Shown here in pieces: positions 1 to 9,519 of a DNA stretch of 32,000 nt. Position numbers and translations under genes: made by a program. The stretch covers positions 1,154,836 to 1,186,835 of the forward strand of contig NZ_CVPE01000006.1 of NCBI RefSeq assembly GCF_001049895.1, in the 5' to 3' direction. This DNA is from Rubeoparvulum massiliense. GTDB lineage: Bacteria; Bacillota; Bacilli; Rubeoparvulales; Rubeoparvulaceae. A model generated the notes under the pieces. It was not told the DNA's origin. It saw only the letters and a list, made by a program, of their open reading frames with translations, and did not search any database. How positions within the stretch are numbered: the first letter of the stretch is position 1; each line of letters opens with the position of its first letter.

Positions 1-1
1 A

Positions 2-535
2 AGTGTCACCGCGAGAACAGCAGGGTTCAACACCATTCCCATCGAAGCATTGCAAGCTACGTCTCTTTCACTGCTCATCCTCTTGATGTTTATCGGTGCG
101 TCCTCTGGTGGAACGGGAGGTGGAATTAAGACCAATACCTTCGTCGTGCTCTTCTTTGCTGTCCGTAGCTTTATTAAGGGTGAGGAAGAGATTAACTTAT
201 TTGAACGAAGGATTAACTGGCGTTATGTGGTGACAGCTCTTGCTGTTTTTGCTGTCTCTATCGCTGTGATCATTCTGGCAACTAGCATTTTACTATGGAG
301 CGAACAGATAGCCAGCGAGCATTTTCTAAGCCTACTTTTTGAGGTTACTTCTGCCTTCGGCACAGTGGGACTTTCTACGGGAATAACCGCCAACTTAACC
401 TCTATTGGCAAACTCATCATGATTCTTGTGATGTTTACTGGGCGCCTTGGCCCTTTAACACTGGCCTTTGCTTTTACGCAACGTTCTACACCTGCTAAAT
501 TACGTTTCCCAGAAGAGAACATGTTGATTGGTTAA
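2..535 (+). CDS. TrkH/KtrB-type potassium uptake transporter, C-terminal part (5' end outside window)
   Basis: Reading frame is open from position 2 (SVTARTAGFNTIPIEALQATSL...), with the conserved TARTAGFN and GGTGGGIKT motifs and hydrophobic segments. Stop TAA at 533-535. Confidence 0.93.
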   Translation, partial: SVTARTAGFNTIPIEALQATSLSLLILLMFIGASSGGTGGGIKTNTFVVLFFAVRSFIKGEEEINLFERRINWRYVVTALAVFAVSIAVIILATSILLWSEQIASEHFLSLLFEVTSAFGTVGLSTGITANLTSIGKLIMILVMFTGRLGPLTLAFAFTQRSTPAKLRFPEENMLIG

Positions 536-723
536 TCATTTGCTTCAGCATCTCCTTCTTCAGAAGGAAATGCTTGTGTTAAGCGGCCAGAACGTTTTAA
601 TGCATCACGGAGAAGAAATTCAATCTGACCGTTCACACTTCGGAACTCATCCTGTGCCCAGCGCTCTATGGCAGCATATATTTTTGGATCAATCCGAAGT
701 GGAAAGCTCTTTTTCTTCGACAT
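532..723 (-). CDS. Arc/ribbon-helix-helix-like small DNA-binding protein
   Basis: 63 aa, MSKKKSFPLRIDPKIYAAIERWAQDEFRSVNGQIEFLLRDALKRSG, an Arc-like RHH pattern. Located 3 nt downstream of the SPFH gene. Confidence 0.8.
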   Translation of the reverse strand: MSKKKSFPLRIDPKIYAAIERWAQDEFRSVNGQIEFLLRDALKRSGRLTQAFPSEEGDAEAND

Positions 724-726
724 GGA

Positions 727-1569
727 TCAATAGAGACTTCCTGTATTTAATACGGGCTGGGCTCCCCGATCAGACACAATCGCAATCATGAGGTTACTCA
801 CCATCTGTGCTTTCCGCTCCTCATCCAATTGGACAACCCCTTCAGACTCTAGCTGCTCAAGGGCATCCTTTACCATTCCCACTGCACCTTCTACGATCTT
901 CTGGCGCGCGGAGATAATGGCAGACGCTTGCTGGCGCTGCAACATGCTGCTAGCAATCTCTGGTGAATAAGCTAAGTGTGTTAAGCGTGCCTCCATCACC
1001 TCTACCCCTGCAACAGCTAAGCGCACTTGTAATTCCTGGGCAAGCTCCTGGGCAATTTCCTCAGCATTGCCTCGCAATGATAAGCCTCCTTCTGTAAAGG
1101 TATCATAAGCATATTTGGTTGCAACATGACGCAGAGCAGTTTCACTTTGAATCTCAACAAAAGCTTCGTAATCATCCACATCAAAGATGGCTTTCGCGCT
1201 ATCTACTACTTTAAAAACAACTACTGCAGCAATCTCAATGGGATTACCATCTACATCATTTACTTTGAGCATTTTACTATTAAAGTTACGAACACGAAGA
1301 GAAACCTTCTTGTGGATAGAGAAAGGCACAGTAATGAAGAGACCACTCTCGCGAATTGTTCCTAAATAACGCCCGAAGAAGATAATGGCGAATGCTTGGT
1401 TTGGTTGGATTACCACAAGACCACTGAAAAGAATCATGGCCAGCACTGTGAGTGGAATAGCCACCCAAAAATTTTCTTGGATAAAGTAATAGACTGCACC
1501 ACCTACTAGACCCAAGGCGATTAGCAAACCTAAGAAACCGTTGACTTTCCACGCTTTTAATTCCTTCAT
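727..1569 (-). CDS. SPFH (band 7/flotillin-like) domain membrane protein
   Basis: Two N-terminal TM segments, then VVIQPNQAFAIIFFGRYLGTIRESGLF, RVRNFNSKMLKVNDVDGNPIEIAAVVVFKV and a QRQQASAIISARQKIVEGAV signature. Confidence 0.92.
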   Translation of the reverse strand: MKELKAWKVNGFLGLLIALGLVGGAVYYFIQENFWVAIPLTVLAMILFSGLVVIQPNQAFAIIFFGRYLGTIRESGLFITVPFSIHKKVSLRVRNFNSKMLKVNDVDGNPIEIAAVVVFKVVDSAKAIFDVDDYEAFVEIQSETALRHVATKYAYDTFTEGGLSLRGNAEEIAQELAQELQVRLAVAGVEVMEARLTHLAYSPEIASSMLQRQQASAIISARQKIVEGAVGMVKDALEQLESEGVVQLDEERKAQMVSNLMIAIVSDRGAQPVLNTGSLY

Positions 1570-1757
1570 TCTTCTTCCCCCTTTAGCAATTGTTCAAATT
1601 GTATATACATATGATATCACTTTAATTTCATTTTGACAATATTGATATATCATTATGACTTTTAGATAATTCCATATTGTGGTTGAAATCGATGTCTGAT
1701 AAGATGATTAAAATGATGTTTTCCTAATATTCAAACTATTATTAATGGAGGGGTACG

Positions 1758-2261
1758 ATGAAATATAGCGTGGTGATCTTTCCTTCTGAAGAGATTCGAA
1801 GCATGGCAAACTCGTTACGAAAACGTTATGATTCCTATTTTCACCAAATTGAACCCTATGTTACTTTGCTAGATCCCTTTACGCTTACTGATGAAGAACG
1901 TCAATCTTCTAGCTCATTCTTAGAAGCTGTGGCAAAAGATACTGAGGCATTTTCCCTTACCTTTCATAAGGTAGGTACCTTCCACCCTGTTACACCCATC
2001 GTCTATCTTGCCATCCAAGAAAAAGATGCGCTTCATCATCTTCATCAGCGCCTATCCAATGGCCCTATTCAGGTAGAAAGGAAGTACTCCTTTGTCCCAC
2101 ACTTAACGGTTGCCCGTGATTTAGCTGAGGGCGAACTTCTCGATGTCTATGGGCGCTTGCGCTTGCGCTCCTTTCAATTAGCTTGTATAATCAATCAGTT
2201 CCATCTCATTAAACAGACAGCAGATGGCACATGGCAAGTGGATGAGACCTTCTTATTATGA
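1758..2261 (+). CDS. 2'-5' RNA ligase/LigT (2H phosphoesterase) family protein, YjcG-like
   Basis: Overall YjcG-like sequence with a C-terminal FVPHLTVARDL HxT motif. The first motif reads PYVTL instead of PHxTL. Confidence 0.82.
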   Translation: MKYSVVIFPSEEIRSMANSLRKRYDSYFHQIEPYVTLLDPFTLTDEERQSSSSFLEAVAKDTEAFSLTFHKVGTFHPVTPIVYLAIQEKDALHHLHQRLSNGPIQVERKYSFVPHLTVARDLAEGELLDVYGRLRLRSFQLACIINQFHLIKQTADGTWQVDETFLL

Positions 2262-2282
2262 TGAAAAGAGCGAGCGAATACC

Positions 2283-2960
2283 ATGCATATTCCTAAGATA
2301 TGGGTGCAGTCACTCCTGATCTTCAGCTTTCTATTCATGCTAATTCTCCTTCCAGGCTGTGCGGAAATTGAAGGCGTAGTAGATATGAATTGGCAGGGAA
2401 AAGGAACCTTTCAACTCAATATGAGCTATCCAGATTATCTCCATAAGCAGATAAGGTCACTGCTAACAGATCTCACACCAACCTTAGAATCAAGAGGCTA
2501 TCAGATCGAATTCTCACCAATGGACCTAGGGGAACACTCTTTCCGGTTAAGCACCCCGCTTCCCTTTCAACAGAAGAACCTTGGATTCCCTGAGAATTGG
2601 CTGCCCCAGATTAGCATTGAGGAGAAAGAACATTGGTGGACAAAAGAATACCTTATTTCTGCAAACTTTGACTGGAGTCAATGGAATGGACAGGATTTTG
2701 CTTCGAATATCACTAGCCAGCTAAGCAAGCTAGTGAAGCCCCGTTTTGTTTTGAAACTACCCATTTCAGCAAGTGCAAGTAATGCAACTCGTGTGGAAAA
2801 GGGTGGAAAACGGTTAAGCTGGGATCTCTCACTGACCAAGCCTAATCAGCTAGAGGTTCAAATCCGTGTCCCCCACCCTTTTCACATTCTCCTAAGTAGC
2901 GGTGCAATTTTCCTTTTAATTACACTTTACTTGGGGTGGAGAAGATTGCGCCATCGATAA
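2283..2960 (+). CDS. Membrane-anchored lipoprotein, DUF3153-like
   Basis: N-terminal lipobox (FMLILLPGCAEIEGVVD), extracytoplasmic domain and a C-terminal TM helix followed by basic residues. Confidence 0.75.
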   Translation: MHIPKIWVQSLLIFSFLFMLILLPGCAEIEGVVDMNWQGKGTFQLNMSYPDYLHKQIRSLLTDLTPTLESRGYQIEFSPMDLGEHSFRLSTPLPFQQKNLGFPENWLPQISIEEKEHWWTKEYLISANFDWSQWNGQDFASNITSQLSKLVKPRFVLKLPISASASNATRVEKGGKRLSWDLSLTKPNQLEVQIRVPHPFHILLSSGAIFLLITLYLGWRRLRHR

Positions 2961-2999
2961 AAAAAGACGAAGGCACAGCTTCGCTCTCGCCTTCGTCTT
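2959..2999 (-). terminator. Rho-independent terminator of the PHP gene
   Basis: On the minus strand: AAGACGAAGGC-(loop)-GCCTTCGTCTT followed by T's. It lies at the 3' end of the convergent lipoprotein gene. Confidence 0.85.
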
Positions 3000-3001
3000 C
3001 A

Positions 3002-3850
3002 TTATTTCTCGAATGTTTTTCGCTCTCTAGCCAATGCTTGAATCTGCTCTACAACCGTCTCATCGATCTTCTTGCTTCCAATGTCCCCATGGAAGACTTC
3101 CCCATGACGTTCACCATGAAAATCAGAGCCTGCTGTCGTCAACAATCCATACTCTTCGGCTAGCTGTAGGTACTCTGTTTCGGTGCTTCGATTATGATCA
3201 CTATGCCAGATCTCAATGCCATCGAGACCTGCTTCCACCAAGCGTGGGATTAGCTCAGGCTTACCGTAGAGTCCCGGATGAGCAAGCACTGCTACACCAC
3301 CAGCAGCATGGATCATCTGAATTGCTTCCTCAGGTCGAATTCTTGGCGGAGTTACATAAGCCTTTCCACCCACTCCTAGATACTCTTTAAAAGCCTGGGG
3401 CATGGATGAAACAATCCCTTTCTCAATTAAGAGCTGAGCCATATGAGGCCTGCCAATATTGGAACTAGATCCCTTCTGTGCCACAACCTCTTCCAGGGTG
3501 ATGGATATTCCTAATTCCTGCAATCTTGCAATCATCATTTCGTTTCGGCGATCCCGGACATGTTGCAGTTCCTCACATTTCTTTAAGAAATCCTGGTTAT
3601 GAATATCCATCTCATAACCAAGAACATGAATGTCCTTTCCATCATCTAGGGTGGAGATCTCAATGCCCTTCACTACTTCCACACCAATTTCTATGCCAGT
3701 CTGTTCTGCTTCAGATAATCCTGCTACTGTATCATGATCAGTTAAGGCAATGCCACTCAGTCCATTGGCTCCTGCTCGTTTAACAACCTCACTAGGGGAG
3801 AGAACACCATCGGAAGCGGTGGAATGTGTGTGAAGATCATAATGCTTCAT
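3002..3850 (-). CDS. PHP domain phosphoesterase (YciV/TrpH-like)
   Basis: MKHYDLHTHSTASDG, ALTDHDT, GIEIST, VLAHPGLYG and GSDFHG motifs. The start was moved from the ORF-track value of 3856 to the ATG that follows AAGGAGG. Confidence 0.92.
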   Translation of the reverse strand: MKHYDLHTHSTASDGVLSPSEVVKRAGANGLSGIALTDHDTVAGLSEAEQTGIEIGVEVVKGIEISTLDDGKDIHVLGYEMDIHNQDFLKKCEELQHVRDRRNEMMIARLQELGISITLEEVVAQKGSSSNIGRPHMAQLLIEKGIVSSMPQAFKEYLGVGGKAYVTPPRIRPEEAIQMIHAAGGVAVLAHPGLYGKPELIPRLVEAGLDGIEIWHSDHNRSTETEYLQLAEEYGLLTTAGSDFHGERHGEVFHGDIGSKKIDETVVEQIQALARERKTFEK

Positions 3851-3952
3851 AGGCAACCTCCTTATTAATTTTAAAGGTGAGACGTCATCTGCTCAATCAA
3901 GCATGATTTGTCTCACCTTTAGTATAGCGTATGATTTAGGTCATATTAAAGT

Positions 3953-4729
3953 TTAATATGCAACGATGTGAAAACCGCCATCCACGTGGAGAACTTCTCC
4001 AGTAATTCCTCGTGCCCAATCACTGAGTAAGAAAAGTGCAGAATCTCCTACTTCCTCTTGTGTAACAGAACGACGAAGTGGCGCCTTCTCTTCCATCACA
4101 TGTAGAATCGAATTGAAATCGCCTACCCCTTTCGCAGCTAGCGTGCGAATTGGACCTGCAGAGATGGCGTTAACACGGATACCTTCTTTACCTAGATCAT
4201 TCGCTAGATATCGTACCGTCTGATCTAGGGCTGCCTTAGCAACTCCCATCATATTGTAATTCTGAACAACACGCTCACCGCCGAGATAAGTCATGGTAAG
4301 AATGCTGCCACCTTCTGTCATGAGAGGGCGTGCTGCACGAGTAACCGCGATTAATGAGTAGGTACTAATATCTTGGGCTAAAGCAAAACCATCTCTGGAT
4401 GTATTCACAAACTCTCCTTTTAGATCCTCCTGCTTTGCAAATGCGATACAGTGTACCACGCCATGTAGAACACCCACTTCTGCTTGCAAGGTATTAAATA
4501 AGGCTTGGATATCTTCATCATTGGTTACATCGCATGGGAGTACGAGAGGTTGTTTCTCTTGTTGAAGTGTAGTTGCTAGCTCTTCTACCCGCGGCTTCGT
4601 CTTCTCACCTTGAAAGGTAAAATGTAGTTCAGCTCCTTCTCTTGCTAATGATTGGGCAATCCCCCATGCAATACTTCGATGATTAGCTACACCCATGACT
4701 AAGATTTTTTTCCCAGATAGCAATGACAT
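3953..4729 (-). CDS. fabI: Enoyl-[acyl-carrier-protein] reductase (NADH)
   Basis: MGVANHRSIAWGIAQSLA, the catalytic-site region MTYLGGERVVQNYNMMGVAKAAL, and GPIRTLAAKGVGDF. Confidence 0.97.
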   Translation of the reverse strand: MSLLSGKKILVMGVANHRSIAWGIAQSLAREGAELHFTFQGEKTKPRVEELATTLQQEKQPLVLPCDVTNDEDIQALFNTLQAEVGVLHGVVHCIAFAKQEDLKGEFVNTSRDGFALAQDISTYSLIAVTRAARPLMTEGGSILTMTYLGGERVVQNYNMMGVAKAALDQTVRYLANDLGKEGIRVNAISAGPIRTLAAKGVGDFNSILHVMEEKAPLRRSVTQEEVGDSALFLLSDWARGITGEVLHVDGGFHIVAY

Positions 4730-4817
4730 TTTTATCTCCTCCTATTAGTACCTGATACTAATAATCTGCAAAAAGTATACCACAATCCTCATCACTTGGG
4801 AAGGGAGTGTGGTAATA

Positions 4818-5030
4818 TCACGAATTTCGCTGCTCAGCATCCATCTCATTGTAAAAAGTAGAAATGATCATTAACTCACGAACAATTTGGTCTCGCATTG
4901 AACCATCCGCTGAGGGATTGGCTAGTTCTTTCACACATCGATGTAATGAACGACGTAATTCTTCATGGCTAGGTATCTGTTTCGAGGATAATCCACCATT
5001 CATGTCCATCGTACCTTCCCCCATCAGCAT
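4818..5030 (-). CDS. Small hypothetical protein
   Basis: 70 aa ORF, possibly starting at an internal ATG. No family recognised. Confidence 0.5.
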   Translation of the reverse strand: MLMGEGTMDMNGGLSSKQIPSHEELRRSLHRCVKELANPSADGSMRDQIVRELMIISTFYNEMDAEQRNS

Positions 5031-5181
5031 AGATTAAAGATTAATGAAAACCTTATAGTACTATTGTAGTAAACCTATGGATGAATTTCCATACTATAAT
5101 CACATCTTATGCAAAAATAGGTAAAAAGGCATAAATATATAGGTTTTCTCTTTTTATCCTATTATTTATGGAATACTACAA

Positions 5182-5994
5182 TCAAGATTTTAGCCAATAA
5201 TTGATCAATTCCATCGCTTTCTCCAGTTTTTCTCGTTCCTGAAAAGAAGGTAATTCAATTTGCAGACAAGCCTCCTCTTCTCGCCCCTTTTCCTTGCTAA
5301 ATAGGGCAAAGCTATAGGTGAATTCACCTTGAATAAGCGAGGAAGGTAAAGTCAAATTCATCAAGAGATGAGCTCCTTCTGCTTTCAGCTGTTGAAATAG
5401 CGAGCTCTGAAAAAATGACTGCGGCATGACGCAGAGCATTTTTCCATCAGTTGTAAGATGGCTCCATGCCTGGATAATCCGCTCTTCTGCTTGTTCCAAC
5501 TGAGGAGGAAGCTCTGTCACGATCAGATTAACCGGAGAAAGCGCGTGCTTCTGCAGCTTCCCTTCAAATAGCTGAATGGGCTTGCCTAACATTGCGAATA
5601 GCGTTTTAGCATAGCGATGGAGAGTATGATCCTCCTCTACACCTAGCCACTCTACCTTCTCCACCGTAGCTTGATTAAGACAGGCTGCTAATAAATTACC
5701 TGTTCCCATGGCTGGATCAAGCACCTTTTCATGGGGCTTAAGCAATTGCTGCACAAGATATCCAGCAAACATCGCAATTACATCTGGCGTCATGGAGTCT
5801 GTATGATGGAAGCCTTTTAGGTAAACCATCTGCACAGCTCTTCGAATCTCCTCTTGACGATAAATTGTTTGAATCTGTTCAAGTTCCTCCATTTCCGCCA
5901 TGTGAGCCATGGCATACTGATAATTCTCTTGTGATGAACACCACGCATCCAATTGATAGAATAATGCTTCAAATCGTTCCTGCTCCGTTGCCAT
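5182..5994 (-). CDS. Class I SAM-dependent methyltransferase (YtxK-like)
   Basis: VLDPAMGTGNLLAACL SAM-binding motif and a general N6-MTase-like layout. The start codon overlaps the surE stop (TAATG). Confidence 0.88.
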   Translation of the reverse strand: MATEQERFEALFYQLDAWCSSQENYQYAMAHMAEMEELEQIQTIYRQEEIRRAVQMVYLKGFHHTDSMTPDVIAMFAGYLVQQLLKPHEKVLDPAMGTGNLLAACLNQATVEKVEWLGVEEDHTLHRYAKTLFAMLGKPIQLFEGKLQKHALSPVNLIVTELPPQLEQAEERIIQAWSHLTTDGKMLCVMPQSFFQSSLFQQLKAEGAHLLMNLTLPSSLIQGEFTYSFALFSKEKGREEEACLQIELPSFQEREKLEKAMELINYWLKS

Positions 5995-6782
5995 TATTTC
6001 TCCGTCCCTTCACGTCCATCAAATTCTATCTTCCATGAATTCATCTGCTGAAGTAAGCTATGATCCGCAGTATCAATCTGAATTGGCGTAATGGTAATAT
6101 ATCCATTCATGAGCAGATGATAATCATCCTGTAGAGGATGGATTCGACCATACTCCCGTTCCAACCAATATCCTGATTTCATATCATCGATCTGCTGAAG
6201 ACGATCCTCATAAAAATCCCATGCTAATGGCGCTGGAATCATACCTTTTACATGATGGTTCTTAAGATTAGGTAAATTGATATTGAGCAATGTACCTTGC
6301 GGGATGACAGTTGCCTCAATTTGCTGAAAAACAGACTGAAGCAGCTGGTTCACACCAGAAAAGTCCTCAGGAGTAAAGTGATTGTCATAGGAGAGAGCAA
6401 TACCAGGCACGCCAAGAATAACACCTTCTCTTGCCCCGCTAACCGTGCCAGAATAATATACATCCTTACCAAGATTGGTGCCTGCATTGATTCCTGAAAT
6501 AACAAGGTGTACCTCTCGTTCACAGAGGAGATGATACCCCACCTTAATACAGTCAGCAGGAGTTCCTTGAACTGCCCATGCTTTCACTGGCAGACCTTCC
6601 AGTACATACTCCTCTACATGCAATGGACTACGCACAGTAATACCGTGTCCTACAGCACTACGTTCATTAGCCGGTGCCACTACATACAGTTCATAAGTGG
6701 GTTGATATTGTAATAATGCCTCTACCAAGACACGTATTCCTGGAGCTTGAATACCATCATCATTGGTCACTAACACACGCAT
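5994..6782 (-). CDS. surE: 5'/3'-nucleotidase SurE
   Basis: MRVLVTNDDGIQAPGI, APANERSAVGHGIT, SGINAGTNLG and YSGTVSGAREG. The ATG at 6782 follows GGAGGTG, so the start is shortened from the ORF-track value of 6815. Confidence 0.96.
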   Translation of the reverse strand: MRVLVTNDDGIQAPGIRVLVEALLQYQPTYELYVVAPANERSAVGHGITVRSPLHVEEYVLEGLPVKAWAVQGTPADCIKVGYHLLCEREVHLVISGINAGTNLGKDVYYSGTVSGAREGVILGVPGIALSYDNHFTPEDFSGVNQLLQSVFQQIEATVIPQGTLLNINLPNLKNHHVKGMIPAPLAWDFYEDRLQQIDDMKSGYWLEREYGRIHPLQDDYHLLMNGYITITPIQIDTADHSLLQQMNSWKIEFDGREGTEK

Positions 6783-6852
6783 GAAAACACCTCCGTCAGA
6801 CAAGATCCATACCATCTTACCATGTTTTCATTCGATTACAAAAGCATAGAAA

Positions 6853-6883
6853 AGCCATCCTTCGCTGATTATCAAGGATGGCT
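6853..6883 (-). terminator. Terminator-like hairpin downstream of the gerW-like gene
   Basis: AGCCATCCTT...AAGGATGGCT perfect 10-bp stem, followed by TTTC on the minus strand. Confidence 0.7.
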
Positions 6884-6941
6884 GAAAACTTGATACTAAA
6901 CCGATGTAAAATAGTCGCGAGAATGAACGAGGTCTTGCTCT

Positions 6942-7382
6942 CTACTGGTCCGAACTGCGAGAGCTGTCATCCCGTCCGTTCTTCATCTCATCTTTGGGCT
7001 CAGAGGTAAACATACGTTGTAACTGCTCAAGTAATTTAGGTGCACGATCCAACAGTGTTTCATAGAGTTGATTGGGGGTTTCTAATGAGATGGAACGGAT
7101 CTCTTCCGGACTAATGACAAGGAAAGCCACAGGGGTTATTGAGACGCCTCCACCTGCCCCTCCTCCAAATGGGAGCTGTGCGTTCTCACCTTGTCCATTA
7201 CTACCATGACGAGTCTGGAATTGGCTTCCTCCAGCTGCAAAGCCAAACCCCACCTTTGAGACAGGAATAATAAAGGAACCATCTGCCTCAACAGGATCGC
7301 CAATTATGGTATTCACATCCACCATCTCTTTAATATTCTCCATAGCTTCCTTCATCAAGCCTTGGATTGGATGTTCTGCCAT
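6942..7382 (-). CDS. gerW: GerW family sporulation protein (YtfJ-like)
   Basis: MAEHPIQGLMKEAMENIKEMVDVNTIIGDPVEADGSFIIPVSKVGFGFAAGG and GGAGGGVSITPVAFLVI. Confidence 0.93.
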   Translation of the reverse strand: MAEHPIQGLMKEAMENIKEMVDVNTIIGDPVEADGSFIIPVSKVGFGFAAGGSQFQTRHGSNGQGENAQLPFGGGAGGGVSITPVAFLVISPEEIRSISLETPNQLYETLLDRAPKLLEQLQRMFTSEPKDEMKNGRDDSSRSSDQ

Positions 7383-8023
7383 TTACGTTCACGCCCTTTT
7401 CTCAAACTTTTCAATGCACCAATGGCTACAAAGGTAGCTTTTCCTACAGAGATTTGAAGTATGCATTCTCCTTCAGTATGGAATAGTGGTTCAGAAAAAT
7501 GGGCTCGAACATCATAACGAGGTTGTGTATCCATCGTGAGGTACTGTGAAATAACGGTGATAACCAGCGCCTTAATGTTCCAGATAAAGCCTGTTATCGT
7601 TCCCGTCTCTGCTGCTTCACCCGTTCCAACACTAGTACGCCAATCCAATTTTTTTATATAAATGATCCGTAAAAGACGGCGGAAATAGGGGATGACATCA
7701 CGGTATTGATCGACAAGCTCCTTCCAGTTACGCCAATTTTTCTTGACTTCTGGGGGAGTAATCATCGTACTGGAGGAACCATTTTCAGAATTTTGTTCAT
7801 GAACCGTATCAAAATGAAGTGAAAATCCGCTTAGCGTATCCTCTAGCGTAAGTATGGGAATCTCCTTTTGAATACGAATCAAACCAAATAATGCTTTGAG
7901 TTTAATGATAATCATGTCATTTTTCCCATCGCGACGCCAACGAATGGAAATCCTGATGTTAGAAATGAAAATGATCAATAAGATAAAAAGAAAACTGATA
8001 ATCATGAATCGTACCCAGTCCAT
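7355..8023 (-). CDS. DUF2953 domain protein (YtfI-like)
   Basis: N-terminal TM, then RDVIPYFRRLLRIIYIKKLDWRTSVGTGEAAETG, typical of DUF2953. Located directly upstream of, and overlapping, the gerW-like gene. Confidence 0.85.
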   Translation of the reverse strand: MDWVRFMIISFLFILLIIFISNIRISIRWRRDGKNDMIIIKLKALFGLIRIQKEIPILTLEDTLSGFSLHFDTVHEQNSENGSSSTMITPPEVKKNWRNWKELVDQYRDVIPYFRRLLRIIYIKKLDWRTSVGTGEAAETGTITGFIWNIKALVITVISQYLTMDTQPRYDVRAHFSEPLFHTEGECILQISVGKATFVAIGALKSLRKGRERKWQNIQSKA

Positions 8024-8112
8024 GTTGTCACCTCAACATGTAGTATGATTCATTATCACCAGTTTTAACCAAACAATCTTTAGCTTGATTCTAGTCAATC
8101 CTCAAGTAAATC

Positions 8113-9306
8113 CTAACGTATTGCCATTTCCTTCTCTTCATAAAAACTATTATTATCCAGGACAAACACTTTTATATTTTTCTTTCTCCCATATTGCTTT
8201 GCTTCGTTTAATGTTTCCATATAAACATCCACTTTATTACCTTTAATGGCACCGCCACGATCAGCGGCAACAGCATAACCATATCCCTCAATGTAGAGAT
8301 GCGTTCCAAGGGGAATTACCGATGGATCAACTGCTACGATCCCTTTCCTTGTCTTTAAACCGATAGCTGTATAATCAGAAAGATTGGTTTCACTGCTGTT
8401 AAATGCAGTTGTCTCTACCACCATACTGCGATGATAGTAAACTTTGGTTCCATCAATTTCAACGGTCTTTAATGTTTCTAGCTTAGGATAAATAAGATGA
8501 AAAACCAACATAGCAGCTTCTGCTTTTGTCATCGGTTGATTGGGTAGCAATTGGTTGCTATTCCCATTGGTGAAGGAACGATGTATCCCATTAATCACCG
8601 CATAGGTCATATATTGCTCAGCAAGATTGCCTGTACCCCATTGGGGAATATCTTTACGATCGGTGAATTTAGATAAATACTCATCACGTTTCTTTTTATC
8701 AATTTTTCGAACATCTTCTCTTACGCCAACAGCACGTACTAGTCCTGCAATCCCATCTAGTCGGCTAAGCTTTTGGTCAGGGGCAAAGTATTCTTCTGTG
8801 ACACCGCCGAAGATCCCCATTTGGTAGGCTGTCTCTACGAAGTTTGCATACCATGAATCAGCCGTAATATCCTTGAATGCACCTAGATACTTGGTCTTTG
8901 TCACATCGATACCTTTAGCAACGATGATCATCTTACTAAATTCAGCACGAGTAACAGGTTGATCACCATGATAATAGAGAAGTTCATCTACCGTTTCGTA
9001 AGTTAGCGCATCCATTTCATAAAGTGCCTCAATCGCATCCCTTGCCCAATACTCTTCCGGAACATCAACAAAAATTGGTTTCTCTTCAATTTCTATGGAT
9101 TCAATTCCAGTTGTAGCGCTTTCAGGTGTAGAGACTGCTTGACCTTGATTAGATGGTGTTTCCACCATAATTGTTCTTTCTTTTTGAACTTCAACCGGAA
9201 CAGTCGCTTCATCCGCATGTATAGGCAGGGTCATAACGCTTGAAAAGATGCCAACAAGGCAAAGACCCTTACAGGTGTTATTTAAAATTTTCTGCCAGTT
9301 TCCCAT
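8113..9306 (-). CDS. Secreted protein with SLH repeats and C-terminal 3D domain
   Basis: Signal peptide. SLH-type repeats (YWARDAIEALYEMDAL..., FKDITADSWYANFVETAYQMGIFGG...). C-terminal VETTAFNSSETNLSDYTAIGLKTRKGIVAVDPSVIPLGTHLYIEGYGYAVAADRGGAIKGNKVDVYM, a 3D (MltA-like) domain. Confidence 0.92.
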   Translation of the reverse strand: MGNWQKILNNTCKGLCLVGIFSSVMTLPIHADEATVPVEVQKERTIMVETPSNQGQAVSTPESATTGIESIEIEEKPIFVDVPEEYWARDAIEALYEMDALTYETVDELLYYHGDQPVTRAEFSKMIIVAKGIDVTKTKYLGAFKDITADSWYANFVETAYQMGIFGGVTEEYFAPDQKLSRLDGIAGLVRAVGVREDVRKIDKKKRDEYLSKFTDRKDIPQWGTGNLAEQYMTYAVINGIHRSFTNGNSNQLLPNQPMTKAEAAMLVFHLIYPKLETLKTVEIDGTKVYYHRSMVVETTAFNSSETNLSDYTAIGLKTRKGIVAVDPSVIPLGTHLYIEGYGYAVAADRGGAIKGNKVDVYMETLNEAKQYGRKKNIKVFVLDNNSFYEEKEMAIR

Positions 9307-9461
9307 GCAACTACGCTCCTTTCTGTTGTCCTTTTTTAATTCTACATAATTTTATAAAATCCTGCATCCCCTAAAGTTTTTTTCTTCTAGTGGTTTTCAT
9401 GAGCATTCTGGCAATAATCTCCTATCTACATGGTTTACAGCCGCAAAGGGCAAAAATAAAC

Positions 9462-9485
9462 AGCTACCCTTTGCAAGGATAGCTG
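9462..9485 (-). terminator. Terminator-like hairpin downstream of the peptidase gene
   Basis: AGCTATCCTT-GCA-AAGGGTAGCT followed by GTTTATTTTTG on the minus strand. Confidence 0.65.
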
Positions 9486-9519
9486 CTACTTATGCTCCAG
9501 TATCATACATGGAAATCGA

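Noticed and set aside
223-522. Minus-strand ORF opposite the TrkH-like gene
   Set aside because: Antisense to a clearly conserved coding frame. The composition is an artefact of the overlapping frame.
788-1365. Plus-strand ORFs inside the SPFH gene (788-970, 1126-1365, 1187-1369)
   Set aside because: They overlap a well supported CDS on the other strand and resemble no protein family.
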